From positions 1-58,935 of the IMG/VR virus record IMGVR_UViG_3300005918_000002: DNA of 58,935 bases. The stretch is one strand, 5' to 3'. The DNA comes from a virus (Duplodnaviria; Caudoviricetes). The notes under the pieces were generated by a model that ran no database searches, had not been told where the DNA came from, and was given only the letters and a program-made list of their open reading frames with translations. Below, piece after piece: positions 49,111-58,935 of this stretch; position 1 is the first letter of the stretch; each line of letters opens with the position of its first letter. The translations under genes were made by a program, and so were the position numbers.

Positions 49111-49544
49111 ACCAGACTTATGTAACAAGTGCAGGATGGAGCAGAAAAGTAAACAGAGTAATACGAACTGTCCACCCCTCTATTGTAAAAATAGTTAAAG
49201 AATCGTCCGACGAAGTTTTGAAGGCCACTATTAAGAATGTGTCCGGGCCGGGAATACGTCCGGGAGTTACCCGTGCGGAAAATAATGCTATTGGCCAGAT
49301 GCCAATCCCAAGACGTACAAAACAACTTATACACTCCATTAAACGATTGGTTATTTATAATTGGTTGCATGCTGTTTTTTCAGATCCGAACATTGCACCA
49401 CACGGAAAATATGTACACGACGGTACGAGAAGGGCAAGGCCAAGACGGTTTCTTGGTGACGTAATGACAGAAAAAAGCAGGAAAATTTATAGTCAAATTA
49501 AAGGCGCGTTTTTAATGGCAATGAGAAAAGAGGGGTTACGTTGA
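49107..49544 (+). CDS. Neck protein, HK97 gp10-like
   Basis: PRRTKQLIHSI and YVHDGTRRARPRRFL motifs. Confidence 0.7.
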   Translation: MNQTYVTSAGWSRKVNRVIRTVHPSIVKIVKESSDEVLKATIKNVSGPGIRPGVTRAENNAIGQMPIPRRTKQLIHSIKRLVIYNWLHAVFSDPNIAPHGKYVHDGTRRARPRRFLGDVMTEKSRKIYSQIKGAFLMAMRKEGLR

Positions 49545-50017
49545 TAAGATCAAATAATATAGCAGACATACAAGAATGTTTTGTGCAATTATTTGATGCT
49601 TTGACATCTCCGTGGAGTACGTGGGATATAATTAATGGCTGGCCTGATACTGAAATACTAGAAGCGGCATCGAAGGCTTTTGTCTATGTGTTAAATCCGC
49701 AAAAATCAGGAAGCCTTTTTAGTCAGGGCGGAACTGCAAGAAATTACTGGAATATTATCACCGGGTTTTGGGTAACCCGAGACAAAGGCGGACTCAACGA
49801 GGTGGCAGCATGGCAAGCAGCTATAATTAATTTAATACAGAACCCACAAACAGTACACTCAACTGTTTTTACTGTCGAAATTGGAGGGACGACATTTGCC
49901 GACACAACATTAAAAGCGCAAAAAATATCAGTAATTGACATCACCGGACAGAGACCTATAGACACTGGAGACATTCAAGAATTTAGAGCAGAAGCAACCA
50001 TAAATATAATAGCATAA
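49541..50017 (+). CDS. Tail terminator (putative)
   Basis: Synteny. Confidence 0.5.
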   Translation: MIRSNNIADIQECFVQLFDALTSPWSTWDIINGWPDTEILEAASKAFVYVLNPQKSGSLFSQGGTARNYWNIITGFWVTRDKGGLNEVAAWQAAIINLIQNPQTVHSTVFTVEIGGTTFADTTLKAQKISVIDITGQRPIDTGDIQEFRAEATINIIA

Positions 50018-50027
50018 GGAGCATATA

Positions 50028-50816
50028 ATGTGCCCAACAACTCAACTCGCTCCACCTGATGCCGAAAAACAAGTACTCGGCAGATTTACACTTGCCCGGT
50101 TTATTCTTTGCGAGGCAGCAGCAGCTACGCCAGTAGCTAGTACAGACATTGAAGATTTGGTTTCGTGGAGTTCTGGTGATCCAAATGTAAAATTTTCATC
50201 TGAATTGTTTTCACAGGGTTCCGGTAATGAATCAACGGTAAACGAAATTGGTCATACGTGGCCTTTAACACTTGATTTCCACAAGGGTGCTGCGTGGGAT
50301 AGACTTGCGGCCCTTAGGGGTGTTACACTTGGCACAAGCGATGACGCTGGAATGCCAATGGTTAAACAGAACGATTTCCCAGCATTTATACTTGAAATGA
50401 TCGTCAGGGAACATGACAATAGTACACATCTTGGAAGTGTTATTATTCCAGATTTTATTATTGATTCCATTGCATGGGATCATCCCATGGATGACTCGCT
50501 ATTTCAAATTAAAGGCCATACTCGTAGAGTGCCAACGGAAACATGTGCTGGATCTGAACTTGTATACGATGTATTTACAGGTGACGCATCTACTACTGAT
50601 TTTACCCAGTCTGCCTCACCGCTAAATATTACCACAGCCTCAAACTGGAATCATCTTAGTTATGATGATTATTTCTACATCAAAGAGAAAGCGTCAACTG
50701 CATCTACCGGCACTTTAAAGAAAACAGGCTACAGCTTATCAGGTGTAACACTTTCAGCTGCTACCGCACCGGCCACCGATACATTAGTACAGACACTATA
50801 CCTCAAGAAAACATAA
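50028..50816 (+). CDS. Major tail protein (putative)
   Basis: 262 aa; acidic/Thr-rich; upstream of the chaperone and tape measure genes. Confidence 0.6.
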   Translation: MCPTTQLAPPDAEKQVLGRFTLARFILCEAAAATPVASTDIEDLVSWSSGDPNVKFSSELFSQGSGNESTVNEIGHTWPLTLDFHKGAAWDRLAALRGVTLGTSDDAGMPMVKQNDFPAFILEMIVREHDNSTHLGSVIIPDFIIDSIAWDHPMDDSLFQIKGHTRRVPTETCAGSELVYDVFTGDASTTDFTQSASPLNITTASNWNHLSYDDYFYIKEKASTASTGTLKKTGYSLSGVTLSAATAPATDTLVQTLYLKKT

Positions 50817-51146
50817 ATAGGGATAGAGACATGAAGAGTTTAATAAATAAAAGTTCAAAAATCTTTGAGGTTGCGGCTAATAGAGCCTTGACGGGTTTAG
50901 TACATGAAACAGTTGAAAAGGTTTTTCCCCCTAACGGTGGGAAAGCATTTGTACAAGCCTGTTACGGTTGCGATGAAACACTAATACCTAGAGATAGATT
51001 GTTTATAATGTTCGAATCCGAGAGGGGGGTCGTAAAGGCCCCGCTCTTGAAATCAAATGGAATGTCCGAGCTGTCATTCGAAGAAGCAGTAAACACCGTT
51101 AAGCATGGTGCAAATGGATTTTTCAAAAAACTAGACGAAGGAGAAA

Positions 51147-51686
51147 ATGATGAGACCAATTGAAAGAATGAGAAAAGCGCAAGCAGAAAAAAATCTGAAA
51201 GTAGAGTTTGAATTTTTAGGTGAACAGGTTATGCTTTCCAGATTTGATATGATTTCAATTCAGGAAGAAATCGCCATTACGCATATTATAAAAAAAGAAG
51301 AGTATGCCAAAAGAGGGCTTGACAAAATCAGGCTTGATGAAAAGGCGTGGCGACAACACATAGACACCCGCAAGGCTAAACTTGTGGAGATCGGCAAAAC
51401 CGCTAAAGAAATAAAAATCATTATCGACGCAGAGGAAGATAAAAAACCAACGTCAGAAGCGGACAGGCTGGCAAGTGAGTTTTCGGCAATGTGTGCATCG
51501 CAGGAAATAATTCCAACGTTTTTACAAGATCCCAAAACAGGCGCATTGTTATTTACCACCGACGCTGAAAAGGCAGAAATTGCTAAACTTGTAAAAGGTG
51601 ATGTCGGCTTGATGACATTACTTTCTGAAAAGTTTATGAAACTAACAACTGCCATGTCAGAAATTGAGGAAGTTGCAAAAAACTGA
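51147..51686 (+). CDS. Tail assembly chaperone (gpG-like)
   Basis: Ends at slippery A-AAA-AAC; synteny. Confidence 0.65.
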   Translation: MMRPIERMRKAQAEKNLKVEFEFLGEQVMLSRFDMISIQEEIAITHIIKKEEYAKRGLDKIRLDEKAWRQHIDTRKAKLVEIGKTAKEIKIIIDAEEDKKPTSEADRLASEFSAMCASQEIIPTFLQDPKTGALLFTTDAEKAEIAKLVKGDVGLMTLLSEKFMKLTTAMSEIEEVAKN

Positions 51687-52063
51687 TTAAGGCCGGTTTG
51701 CTCCCGGAGTTTAATCTTCGGGTGCAGATCGCTCGTCAATTCGGGCTTTGGCCGTGGGATGAACGAATAACAGAAGCATTAAGTAATGATTACAAGAGGG
51801 CAATGTTAATAGCTTCTTTTGAAATCAAAACACCTGAGCAGAGTATAATTGAATTTTTATATAAGGAGTTTCCTGAAATTATAAAAGTGTATTCTGACAG
51901 GATAGGAACAGCGGCGTTAGTAGGTGGCACAAATGCGAACAGAGGCACTAAGGCCATAATGAACATGGACGGCTTGTATAAAGATCCAGAAGATGAAACT
52001 AATAAACGAATAAGCGGACAGGTATTAGTATTTCCGGGGAGCACAACAAAGGTGATAATGTGA
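51683..52063 (+). CDS. Tail chaperone frameshift extension (gpT-like, -1 frame)
   Basis: Open -1 frame from the slippery site up to the tape measure gene; no strong RBS of its own. Confidence 0.6.
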   Translation: MIKAGLLPEFNLRVQIARQFGLWPWDERITEALSNDYKRAMLIASFEIKTPEQSIIEFLYKEFPEIIKVYSDRIGTAALVGGTNANRGTKAIMNMDGLYKDPEDETNKRISGQVLVFPGSTTKVIM

Positions 52064-55000
52064 TAGGTTTGGGCGGATTCGGCGGACTCGGTGACATAGT
52101 TGCTCATATAGGAATAAGTGGCGACAAGCAATTCATTTCTAAAATGCGAGCAATGGATACGCAAACTGCGGCAACTGCCAAGATAATGAATAAGGCTTTA
52201 ACGGTTTCTTTTCTTGCTGCCACTGCCGCTATAATTGCGTCCTTTACAGCTGCCGCTCAATTTGAATCTTCATTTGCCGGAGTCGTTAAAACCGTTGACG
52301 GCCTCGACGATGGTATGGGCAATTTAAATCAAACCGGTAAAGAATTGGCCCAGGGCTTTAGGGATCTATCTTTTGAAATACCCGTAAGCGTAAATGAATT
52401 AAACAAGATCGGCGAACTTGGCGGACAGCTTGGGATTGCAAAAGAGGAATTGCTTTCCTTTACTGAAACAATTGCTAAAATAGCCACAACAACAGATCTC
52501 ACTATTGAAGCCGCCTCAATGGATATGGCGAAGTTTGTCAACGTTACAAAGCAAGTTGCGCCTGCCGGAATGTTAGCATCTGAACAGATTGAACGTATGG
52601 GATCTACAATTGTAGAACTTGGTAATAATACAGCCACAACTGAATCGGCAATTTTAGCAATGGCTACACGGATTGCAGGTGTTGGTAATATAATTGGATT
52701 AACACAACCAGAGATATTAGGTATTTCAGCTGCCATGTCTGCCGTTGGAATTAACGCCCAGGCCGGTGGAACTGCCATGTCAAGGGCAATGACAATGATG
52801 GCCACGGCAGTTGAAATGGGCGGCGGTGAAATTGAACTGTTTGCAGAAGTATCGAAATTATCAGTTGATGAGTTTTCAAGATTGTTTAAAGACGATGCGG
52901 CTGCGGCTATTTCTGCATTTTTAGTTGGGCTTGGTGAAATTAAAGAAGACGGTGGAAATACATTTAAAACGATAGACGAATTAGGGTTTTCAAATATTCG
53001 CCTACAGACTGCAATGTTAAAAGGCGCAAGCGCAAGTGATTTATTCACTAAATCCTTAGCAATGGCGAAAGCAGAATATGAATTAAATACCGCCCTGAAT
53101 ATTGAGTTCAATAAACGTGCAAGTACTTTAATATCAACGCTGAAAATGTTAGGTAATGTTTTATATGATGCCTTTATTGAAGTTGGTAATAAGTATCTGC
53201 CAGCATTAAAAGATTTTTTGAATAACCTAAAGGAAAACCCGGAAGCGATCAGGGATGTTGTAACCAATTTAGTCCCATTGATAGTTAAAATAGGACTGGC
53301 TGCGGGTGCAATTAAACTATGGATTTCAGTATCAAAAACATGGATTGCGCTTGGTTTACCGGTCAGCATTCTTGCATTGAAAACGGCATTTGCATCATTG
53401 ACTACTTTTATAGTGGCTAATACCGCATTGCTTGCACCCTTGGTAATACTATTATTGGCAGCAGGTGCGGCAATGATAGTGGTAAATTTAGCCGCCAATG
53501 ATGCTTACAAATCAATGGCATTATTAAATGCTGCTATTAAAGTACAGCAGGGGTTAGTAGACGAAAACAGGATGCGTTTAGAGAAAATGGTTGGAATTTA
53601 TGAAGAGCTTGGCGAGCACGCAGCAGATGACATGGTCAGATTGAATGATGTTGAAATGACAGTAGCCGAAGCAACAGAAAAAATAAACGAACAGCTTGTG
53701 CTTATGAAGGAAAACGGAAAAGGTATTGCTGATATTGAATTAACATTTGATAAAATAGTGACGGTCGGGGGTGAATTATTTAATGTCACGGAAGCACTTG
53801 CCGATTCAGGTATAACCTTAACAAGTTCTGTTCAAAAACAAATAGTAGAACTTGAAAAATTATATCCATTCATTAAAGACGACGCACTAGCCACTTCTGA
53901 ATTAACTGAAAAAATTAAAGAATTAAAAGAAAGAATAATGCCAGCAAGTGATGCAACAAAAATATTAAAAGAAAGAATGGGGGAATTTAAAGCAATCATT
54001 CCAGACATAAAGATTGGGGTATCTGATGCTTCTATTGAAATGTACATATTGGCAGACAATACAAAGGCTCTGGCTGATAAAACAAAGGAAGCAGCGGATG
54101 CGGCAGAGGCCGCGGCAGAAGCAATAAAAAAAGAAAAGGAACAGGCCATAGGTGCCGCTTATGCTTTGGGTGATCTTTGGGATGCCTTTGGTGATGGCGA
54201 TCGGGTTATAAGTAATTTAATGACTGCATTTGAAAAACTTATTTCTGGTGATTATATTGGAGCCGTAATTGCTGGATTAAAGTTGCTATGGGAAGCAATT
54301 TCATCAGATGATAAAATTTCTAAAGTTGAAGAATTTGAGGCCGCTGGAATAAAAATGAATGCCGCTGTATATGGGGAAATACAGGCACTTGCAGCACTTG
54401 CAACGAGTTATAATCTAACAGACGCAGAAATAGAACAGGTAATTAATAAACTAGATGCACTATTTGAAAGTATTGGAAAGGTTAACTTTTTAATAGATCA
54501 AGAAACTATTGATATTTATAATTCATGGGTAACGGCACTGGGTTCAGCGGGCGCATGGCTAGCAGAACTACAAATTCAAATAGAGGGTATGTATTTATTG
54601 GACGGAATTTTTTCCCAGGCAGAATTACAGGCCATGTGGGATTATAGTTCTGCCGGACTTTCGGTTGCTGAACAATTAGAAAAAATACAAGAATTATTAC
54701 TTGCTGGTGGCCCGCCGGAATGGTTAGCTTTTTTACAAGAGCAATATAATTTATTGATAGATACAACCGAGGCCCTTGTTGATCAAGAGGGTGCGGTTAA
54801 TGGATTAGTGATTGCATGGGAAAAGTATTACAGTGTCTTATTTGAAGAATTTTCGACTTTTGAGCAAAACGTACAAACGGCAACTCAGGGAATACAAGAT
54901 TTGTTATATTTTAATATAGACCTTGATACTACCGATGCTGACGAACAAATATGGGCGTCAATGCTTGCCATGCAGGCCTATCTCAGAACTTTAGATCCCA

Positions 55001-56481
55001 ACTCTCAGGCTTATAGAGATGGTTACAAAGCATTACAGGATTTGTGGCTGTTATACGACCAACTCGGAACGGGCAGAACTCTTGATATTTCTTTTCCCGT
55101 AGACCTTGATCAACTTGATAATTTTACCAGGGTGACCGGGGAGATGAGCGATGCGCTTGGTGATGCGTCAGATCAAGCAGAACGTCTTGCGGCTGAGTTC
55201 GCAGAATTAGAAGGCAAGGTTATAATTATTAACGATTATATTAATTACCTAAATGCAGAGCTTGATATACTTTACGCACAACGCGACAGGGTAATAGAAA
55301 TAAAAAATAGTATTGCGGAAATTAGCGAAGTGATTGAATTGTTAAACGGCGACGATGTTAATTTCTATCAGATTGACAAGATTTTGACAGATCTCGGGCT
55401 TAAATTGGATGCTTTTGTTATTCAGTGGAGTGCGGCATTTGGACAAATGTTAACAGACTATGAACAATTCGGTCTTGACATGGCGGCTGCCGATGCAGCA
55501 ATTCAATTATTAATGGATTTCAATGTTGATCTTGACACAACCGATGCAGATGAACAAATCAATGCATTAATTTTTAAATGGTTAGCATATTTGGATACAT
55601 TAGATCCAGGTTCTGCCGCTTACACAAGAGCAAAAAAAATGATAGATGATTTAATTGCAAGATTTGAAGAGCTTGGCGGAACCCTTAGTGAAGAGGATGC
55701 CATTGCATTCAATACAGCATTAGCGCAAGCGGCTATTGACGAACTGGAAGCCGAATTAAATGGTTTGCCCACAGAGTTTGAACTTAATATGGCCATACAG
55801 GAAACGTTGGATAAAATAGCTGAATTGTTGGCATTATTAAATAAAATATTATTAAGAATGCTTGAAATTGCCGGTATGGAACTTGATATAGAAATACCAC
55901 CCCCGGCTGATCCTTGGTGGGATGAACCAATAGACTTAAAAATTAATATGCCCGACATACCAATAATCCCTCCGGCCGATAAACCTTGGTGGATGGACGA
56001 AATCGAACTTAATGTAAAACCACCCGACATACCAATACCACCCCCGACTGATCCTTGGTGGGATGAACAAATTTTACTTGAATTTGAGGTAGATATTGGC
56101 CCCAGACCGTCTGACGCTTGGTGGAACGAACCTATTACAATTGATCTTTATTACAATATTAAAACCATAGGCACACCGCCAACAGGTGGGGAATATCCAA
56201 CTGCTCACTCAGGATATTCCGGCGCTGGAATCGGCAGAGAAATTCCCGCATTAATAAAAGACAATGAAGCAATTTTGACACCGGCATTAACAAGTAACAT
56301 CGGGACTGATAATATCGCAGCTGCGAATAAATCAGGCAACCCGGCATCTCTTGGCGGTACACCCGTTAATGTAGAAATACACGAAGCCACGCCCTCAACA
56401 TGGGTTAGTATTAATGACCAATATTTACAACCGAGAAATAAAGAAACTGATAATTACACAATAACGAGGAGTATTTTTTGA
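52060..56481 (+). CDS. Tape measure protein (TP901-like)
   Basis: 1473 aa; FESSFAGVVKT, GGQLGI, LGNNTATTE and AGGTAMSR motifs. Confidence 0.92.
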   Translation: MIGLGGFGGLGDIVAHIGISGDKQFISKMRAMDTQTAATAKIMNKALTVSFLAATAAIIASFTAAAQFESSFAGVVKTVDGLDDGMGNLNQTGKELAQGFRDLSFEIPVSVNELNKIGELGGQLGIAKEELLSFTETIAKIATTTDLTIEAASMDMAKFVNVTKQVAPAGMLASEQIERMGSTIVELGNNTATTESAILAMATRIAGVGNIIGLTQPEILGISAAMSAVGINAQAGGTAMSRAMTMMATAVEMGGGEIELFAEVSKLSVDEFSRLFKDDAAAAISAFLVGLGEIKEDGGNTFKTIDELGFSNIRLQTAMLKGASASDLFTKSLAMAKAEYELNTALNIEFNKRASTLISTLKMLGNVLYDAFIEVGNKYLPALKDFLNNLKENPEAIRDVVTNLVPLIVKIGLAAGAIKLWISVSKTWIALGLPVSILALKTAFASLTTFIVANTALLAPLVILLLAAGAAMIVVNLAANDAYKSMALLNAAIKVQQGLVDENRMRLEKMVGIYEELGEHAADDMVRLNDVEMTVAEATEKINEQLVLMKENGKGIADIELTFDKIVTVGGELFNVTEALADSGITLTSSVQKQIVELEKLYPFIKDDALATSELTEKIKELKERIMPASDATKILKERMGEFKAIIPDIKIGVSDASIEMYILADNTKALADKTKEAADAAEAAAEAIKKEKEQAIGAAYALGDLWDAFGDGDRVISNLMTAFEKLISGDYIGAVIAGLKLLWEAISSDDKISKVEEFEAAGIKMNAAVYGEIQALAALATSYNLTDAEIEQVINKLDALFESIGKVNFLIDQETIDIYNSWVTALGSAGAWLAELQIQIEGMYLLDGIFSQAELQAMWDYSSAGLSVAEQLEKIQELLLAGGPPEWLAFLQEQYNLLIDTTEALVDQEGAVNGLVIAWEKYYSVLFEEFSTFEQNVQTATQGIQDLLYFNIDLDTTDADEQIWASMLAMQAYLRTLDPNSQAYRDGYKALQDLWLLYDQLGTGRTLDISFPVDLDQLDNFTRVTGEMSDALGDASDQAERLAAEFAELEGKVIIINDYINYLNAELDILYAQRDRVIEIKNSIAEISEVIELLNGDDVNFYQIDKILTDLGLKLDAFVIQWSAAFGQMLTDYEQFGLDMAAADAAIQLLMDFNVDLDTTDADEQINALIFKWLAYLDTLDPGSAAYTRAKKMIDDLIARFEELGGTLSEEDAIAFNTALAQAAIDELEAELNGLPTEFELNMAIQETLDKIAELLALLNKILLRMLEIAGMELDIEIPPPADPWWDEPIDLKINMPDIPIIPPADKPWWMDEIELNVKPPDIPIPPPTDPWWDEQILLEFEVDIGPRPSDAWWNEPITIDLYYNIKTIGTPPTGGEYPTAHSGYSGAGIGREIPALIKDNEAILTPALTSNIGTDNIAAANKSGNPASLGGTPVNVEIHEATPSTWVSINDQYLQPRNKETDNYTITRSIF

Positions 56482-58718
56482 GTGTAGCATTAAAGATAGT
56501 CCCATATACTGGTAGCCTTAACGCGTCAACCGGGGTTACCACATACACCGCACAATCAGCAATAGAATTTGACGAAACAGAAACAAGAGATGTTGTTCAA
56601 TTTCATCCTAAAAGTTGCGTTGTTTTGGAATCACAAAATAAACCACCGGCGGTATATGACAGAAACGCAACGTATAACAAGGACAGTTCATTAATAAAAC
56701 TTTTTAAGGTGTCGATTTATCTTGATACGGTAACAACAAATAATAATGTTGACGCTTTATTTAATGAGAACTATATAAAACATAGGGTTTATTATGAATA
56801 TAGAAAAAATGCGGCAACTTATACCGACTGCATCCTTGATCCAAATTATCAAAAAAAATATTTCTTTGGTGAATTAGGTGCGGGATTTATAACTACATTA
56901 AATTTCTTTGAATCAGTTACGCTTTTTTATCCACCTTCCGGTCGAAGGGTGTTCGTAGAAGTAACGATAGACCCGGATGGCAGAGCCATTAAACTAGACG
57001 GTTATAAAGATGTTGCAAATATAAGTCCCGTTGTAAGTGAGGTTAATTTAGACCCTAAAAGTTTGAATCAGTTAATACTTAAAGATATACAAATCACTTT
57101 AAACGATTCAAGAGAGTTTTACAATCCAAGTACCAGAAGCTGGGAAACAGATAGGTACTTACCATTTAGAAAAGAATTTACCACGTTAAAGGAAGCACCA
57201 AGCGCAACGTATGCAACGGTGAGCGAGCTGGGCGTAAATTTATTCAAAACAGATGACATGGTAATATTTTCAGACGGTGTTAATACTGATATTGTTAAAA
57301 TAACTTATACTTCAAGCGTTCGGCAATATTTCGATTCTGATTGCCAGTATGGCGAATGTTGGCAAAGGATACATTTCCATACCGGTTCGCTTACTCATAC
57401 ATATTCTGGGGGTGACATAGTAACCTTGCAACCGTGGCTTGGTAAAAATGTAATAATACAAATTAGAGATATTACGCTTGGAGTGGCAACATTAAAAACT
57501 GTTTTTAGGGGGGTAATCAGACAACCTTTTGATTTTTACGGCGGCGGAGCAATTTTAAAAGTTGATAATCTGTTGGCTGAATTTCTTGATGCAGAATTAA
57601 AACTCGCAACTGGAAGCACCGATCCGCACAAACGATGCGATTCCGCCGGGTCTTTAGTCACTACAATAACGTGGACAAAATCCGGCACGGGTGTATTGTC
57701 AGGTATTACATATTATGAAAGCGCATCTCTTGGATTATGGACGGTTACTTTTTCAGATGCAACCAATTTTACAGTAACGGGATTAGGCATTAAAGATAAA
57801 GCCGGGACTACCGGAGCTGATTTTTATGATAAGACAGATGCAACGGATAGCCAGATAAAAATCCCGCTTGGCAATTGGAGCGGAACCCCGCAAGCCGATG
57901 ACGTTGTTATATTTTACTCATGTCTTAATTTTGAAAACTTATCCGTTCCCGAAATAATGTATCAATTATCAGTAGCACATGCGGGAATAGATACTGATTT
58001 AATAGATATGCATGCAAGCGGAATGACATATGTTGGAAGTGGGTACGGTGATTATACATTTAACGATTTATATAAAGACATAGCTGTTACGTATAGCGAA
58101 AACATTACAATATCATTTGATTCGTTTACTACTATTGGAGAGGCCATTCTTGCCGTACAAATTAATGCGGCTATATATCTATCACAAAATGCAGATGGTA
58201 AGCTTGCACTTTTCGCACTTAATCCAGAATGGTCGGTAGGGTATTGGTCTGCTAGTGGGGCTGGTCATTATATAGATGGGACGCAATCCGCAACCTCTTT
58301 GAATTATTATAACGAAATTGTAATTAAATATGGCTTCGATTACACAACGGGAGAATATCAATATTCATATATTTATCCTGGGGCGTCAAATTATTCCTTA
58401 TCAGTACTGGACAAAAAAAGAAGTGTTGAAATAGAAATGCCAGCTATTTATGATGAAGCAACAGCTGAATTATATGCAAAACGGTATTATTCATTTTGGG
58501 CTTTTGGCCCCGATATAATAAAAACAGATGCTAATATTAATGGTGCAGAGGCAAATATAGGACAGCAATCAAGAACAAGGGTCGGACGGTTTGACTCTCA
58601 ATCTTTATATGGTGCATATAATAAAATAGTACGAATTGAGAGAAATTTATTAAATCCAAGCAAGGCAACTATGATATTAATGAGAATGAGAAATCCATTA
58701 TTAAAAGGGTGGCAATAA
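56478..58718 (+). CDS. Tail tip/baseplate hub protein (putative)
   Basis: 746 aa directly after the tape measure gene; beta-rich. Confidence 0.55.
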   Translation: MSVALKIVPYTGSLNASTGVTTYTAQSAIEFDETETRDVVQFHPKSCVVLESQNKPPAVYDRNATYNKDSSLIKLFKVSIYLDTVTTNNNVDALFNENYIKHRVYYEYRKNAATYTDCILDPNYQKKYFFGELGAGFITTLNFFESVTLFYPPSGRRVFVEVTIDPDGRAIKLDGYKDVANISPVVSEVNLDPKSLNQLILKDIQITLNDSREFYNPSTRSWETDRYLPFRKEFTTLKEAPSATYATVSELGVNLFKTDDMVIFSDGVNTDIVKITYTSSVRQYFDSDCQYGECWQRIHFHTGSLTHTYSGGDIVTLQPWLGKNVIIQIRDITLGVATLKTVFRGVIRQPFDFYGGGAILKVDNLLAEFLDAELKLATGSTDPHKRCDSAGSLVTTITWTKSGTGVLSGITYYESASLGLWTVTFSDATNFTVTGLGIKDKAGTTGADFYDKTDATDSQIKIPLGNWSGTPQADDVVIFYSCLNFENLSVPEIMYQLSVAHAGIDTDLIDMHASGMTYVGSGYGDYTFNDLYKDIAVTYSENITISFDSFTTIGEAILAVQINAAIYLSQNADGKLALFALNPEWSVGYWSASGAGHYIDGTQSATSLNYYNEIVIKYGFDYTTGEYQYSYIYPGASNYSLSVLDKKRSVEIEMPAIYDEATAELYAKRYYSFWAFGPDIIKTDANINGAEANIGQQSRTRVGRFDSQSLYGAYNKIVRIERNLLNPSKATMILMRMRNPLLKGWQ

Positions 58719-58935
58719 TGTATGAAACTTTAAGATTTGTTCATAGTGGTGGAACTACGAGTTTTTATAATGATGAAACCATAGAAATGATAGTAGACAA
58801 TATTCAAAAAGTCGACAGGGTTCAAGATGTTGGCGCTACGGCTGGTTACTTTTCTGGGAATTTCAGACAGATATTTCTCGGCAATTCATACAAGAAAATT
58901 GATATTACATTTAACTTTGACGTTCCTTATGAAGA
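58718..58935 (+). CDS. 5' part of the junction-spanning tail-associated gene
   Basis: TAATG overlap with the previous stop; open to the window end and continues into 2..328. Confidence 0.7.
   Translation, partial: MYETLRFVHSGGTTSFYNDETIEMIVDNIQKVDRVQDVGATAGYFSGNFRQIFLGNSYKKIDITFNFDVPYE
58846..58935. repeat. Terminal direct repeat, copy 2
   Basis: Identical to 1-90. Confidence 0.95.

Noticed and set aside
1-58935. tRNA genes, alternative genetic code, introns/inteins
   Set aside because: No cloverleaf noticed by eye; core genes are intact and of normal length under the standard code. tRNAscan-SE would be needed to exclude tRNAs.

Overview
Apparently complete, circularly closed tailed-phage genome of about 58,845 bp (bases 1-90 are repeated at 58846-58935). 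Essentially all real genes are on the + strand. Modules: tail tip/fibre and lysis (1-6.1 kb); AT-rich control region (6.3-6.8 kb); recombination/replication (PD-(D/E)XK nuclease, SSB-like protein, initiator, DnaB; 9-16 kb); an accessory region with four DNA methyltransferases (13.6-26 kb); and packaging, head and siphovirus-type tail genes (28-58.9 kb) interleaved with small ORFs, glycosyltransferases and a radical SAM gene. The most striking feature is a set of 12 integron attC-like hairpin sites in three clusters (13.6-24.3 kb) that delimit nine gene-cassette-like units. The outer boxes of neighbouring sites are complementary, as in real cassettes. Unlike classical integrons, the bulged bases sit on the coding strand (inverted polarity), several sites carry an RBS and ORF start inside their loop, and no integrase is recognisable in the genome. 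Cassette cargo includes three DNA methyltransferases and a promoter-driven ~236-nt candidate structured ncRNA. All calls are by eye from motifs and synteny; no database searches were run.
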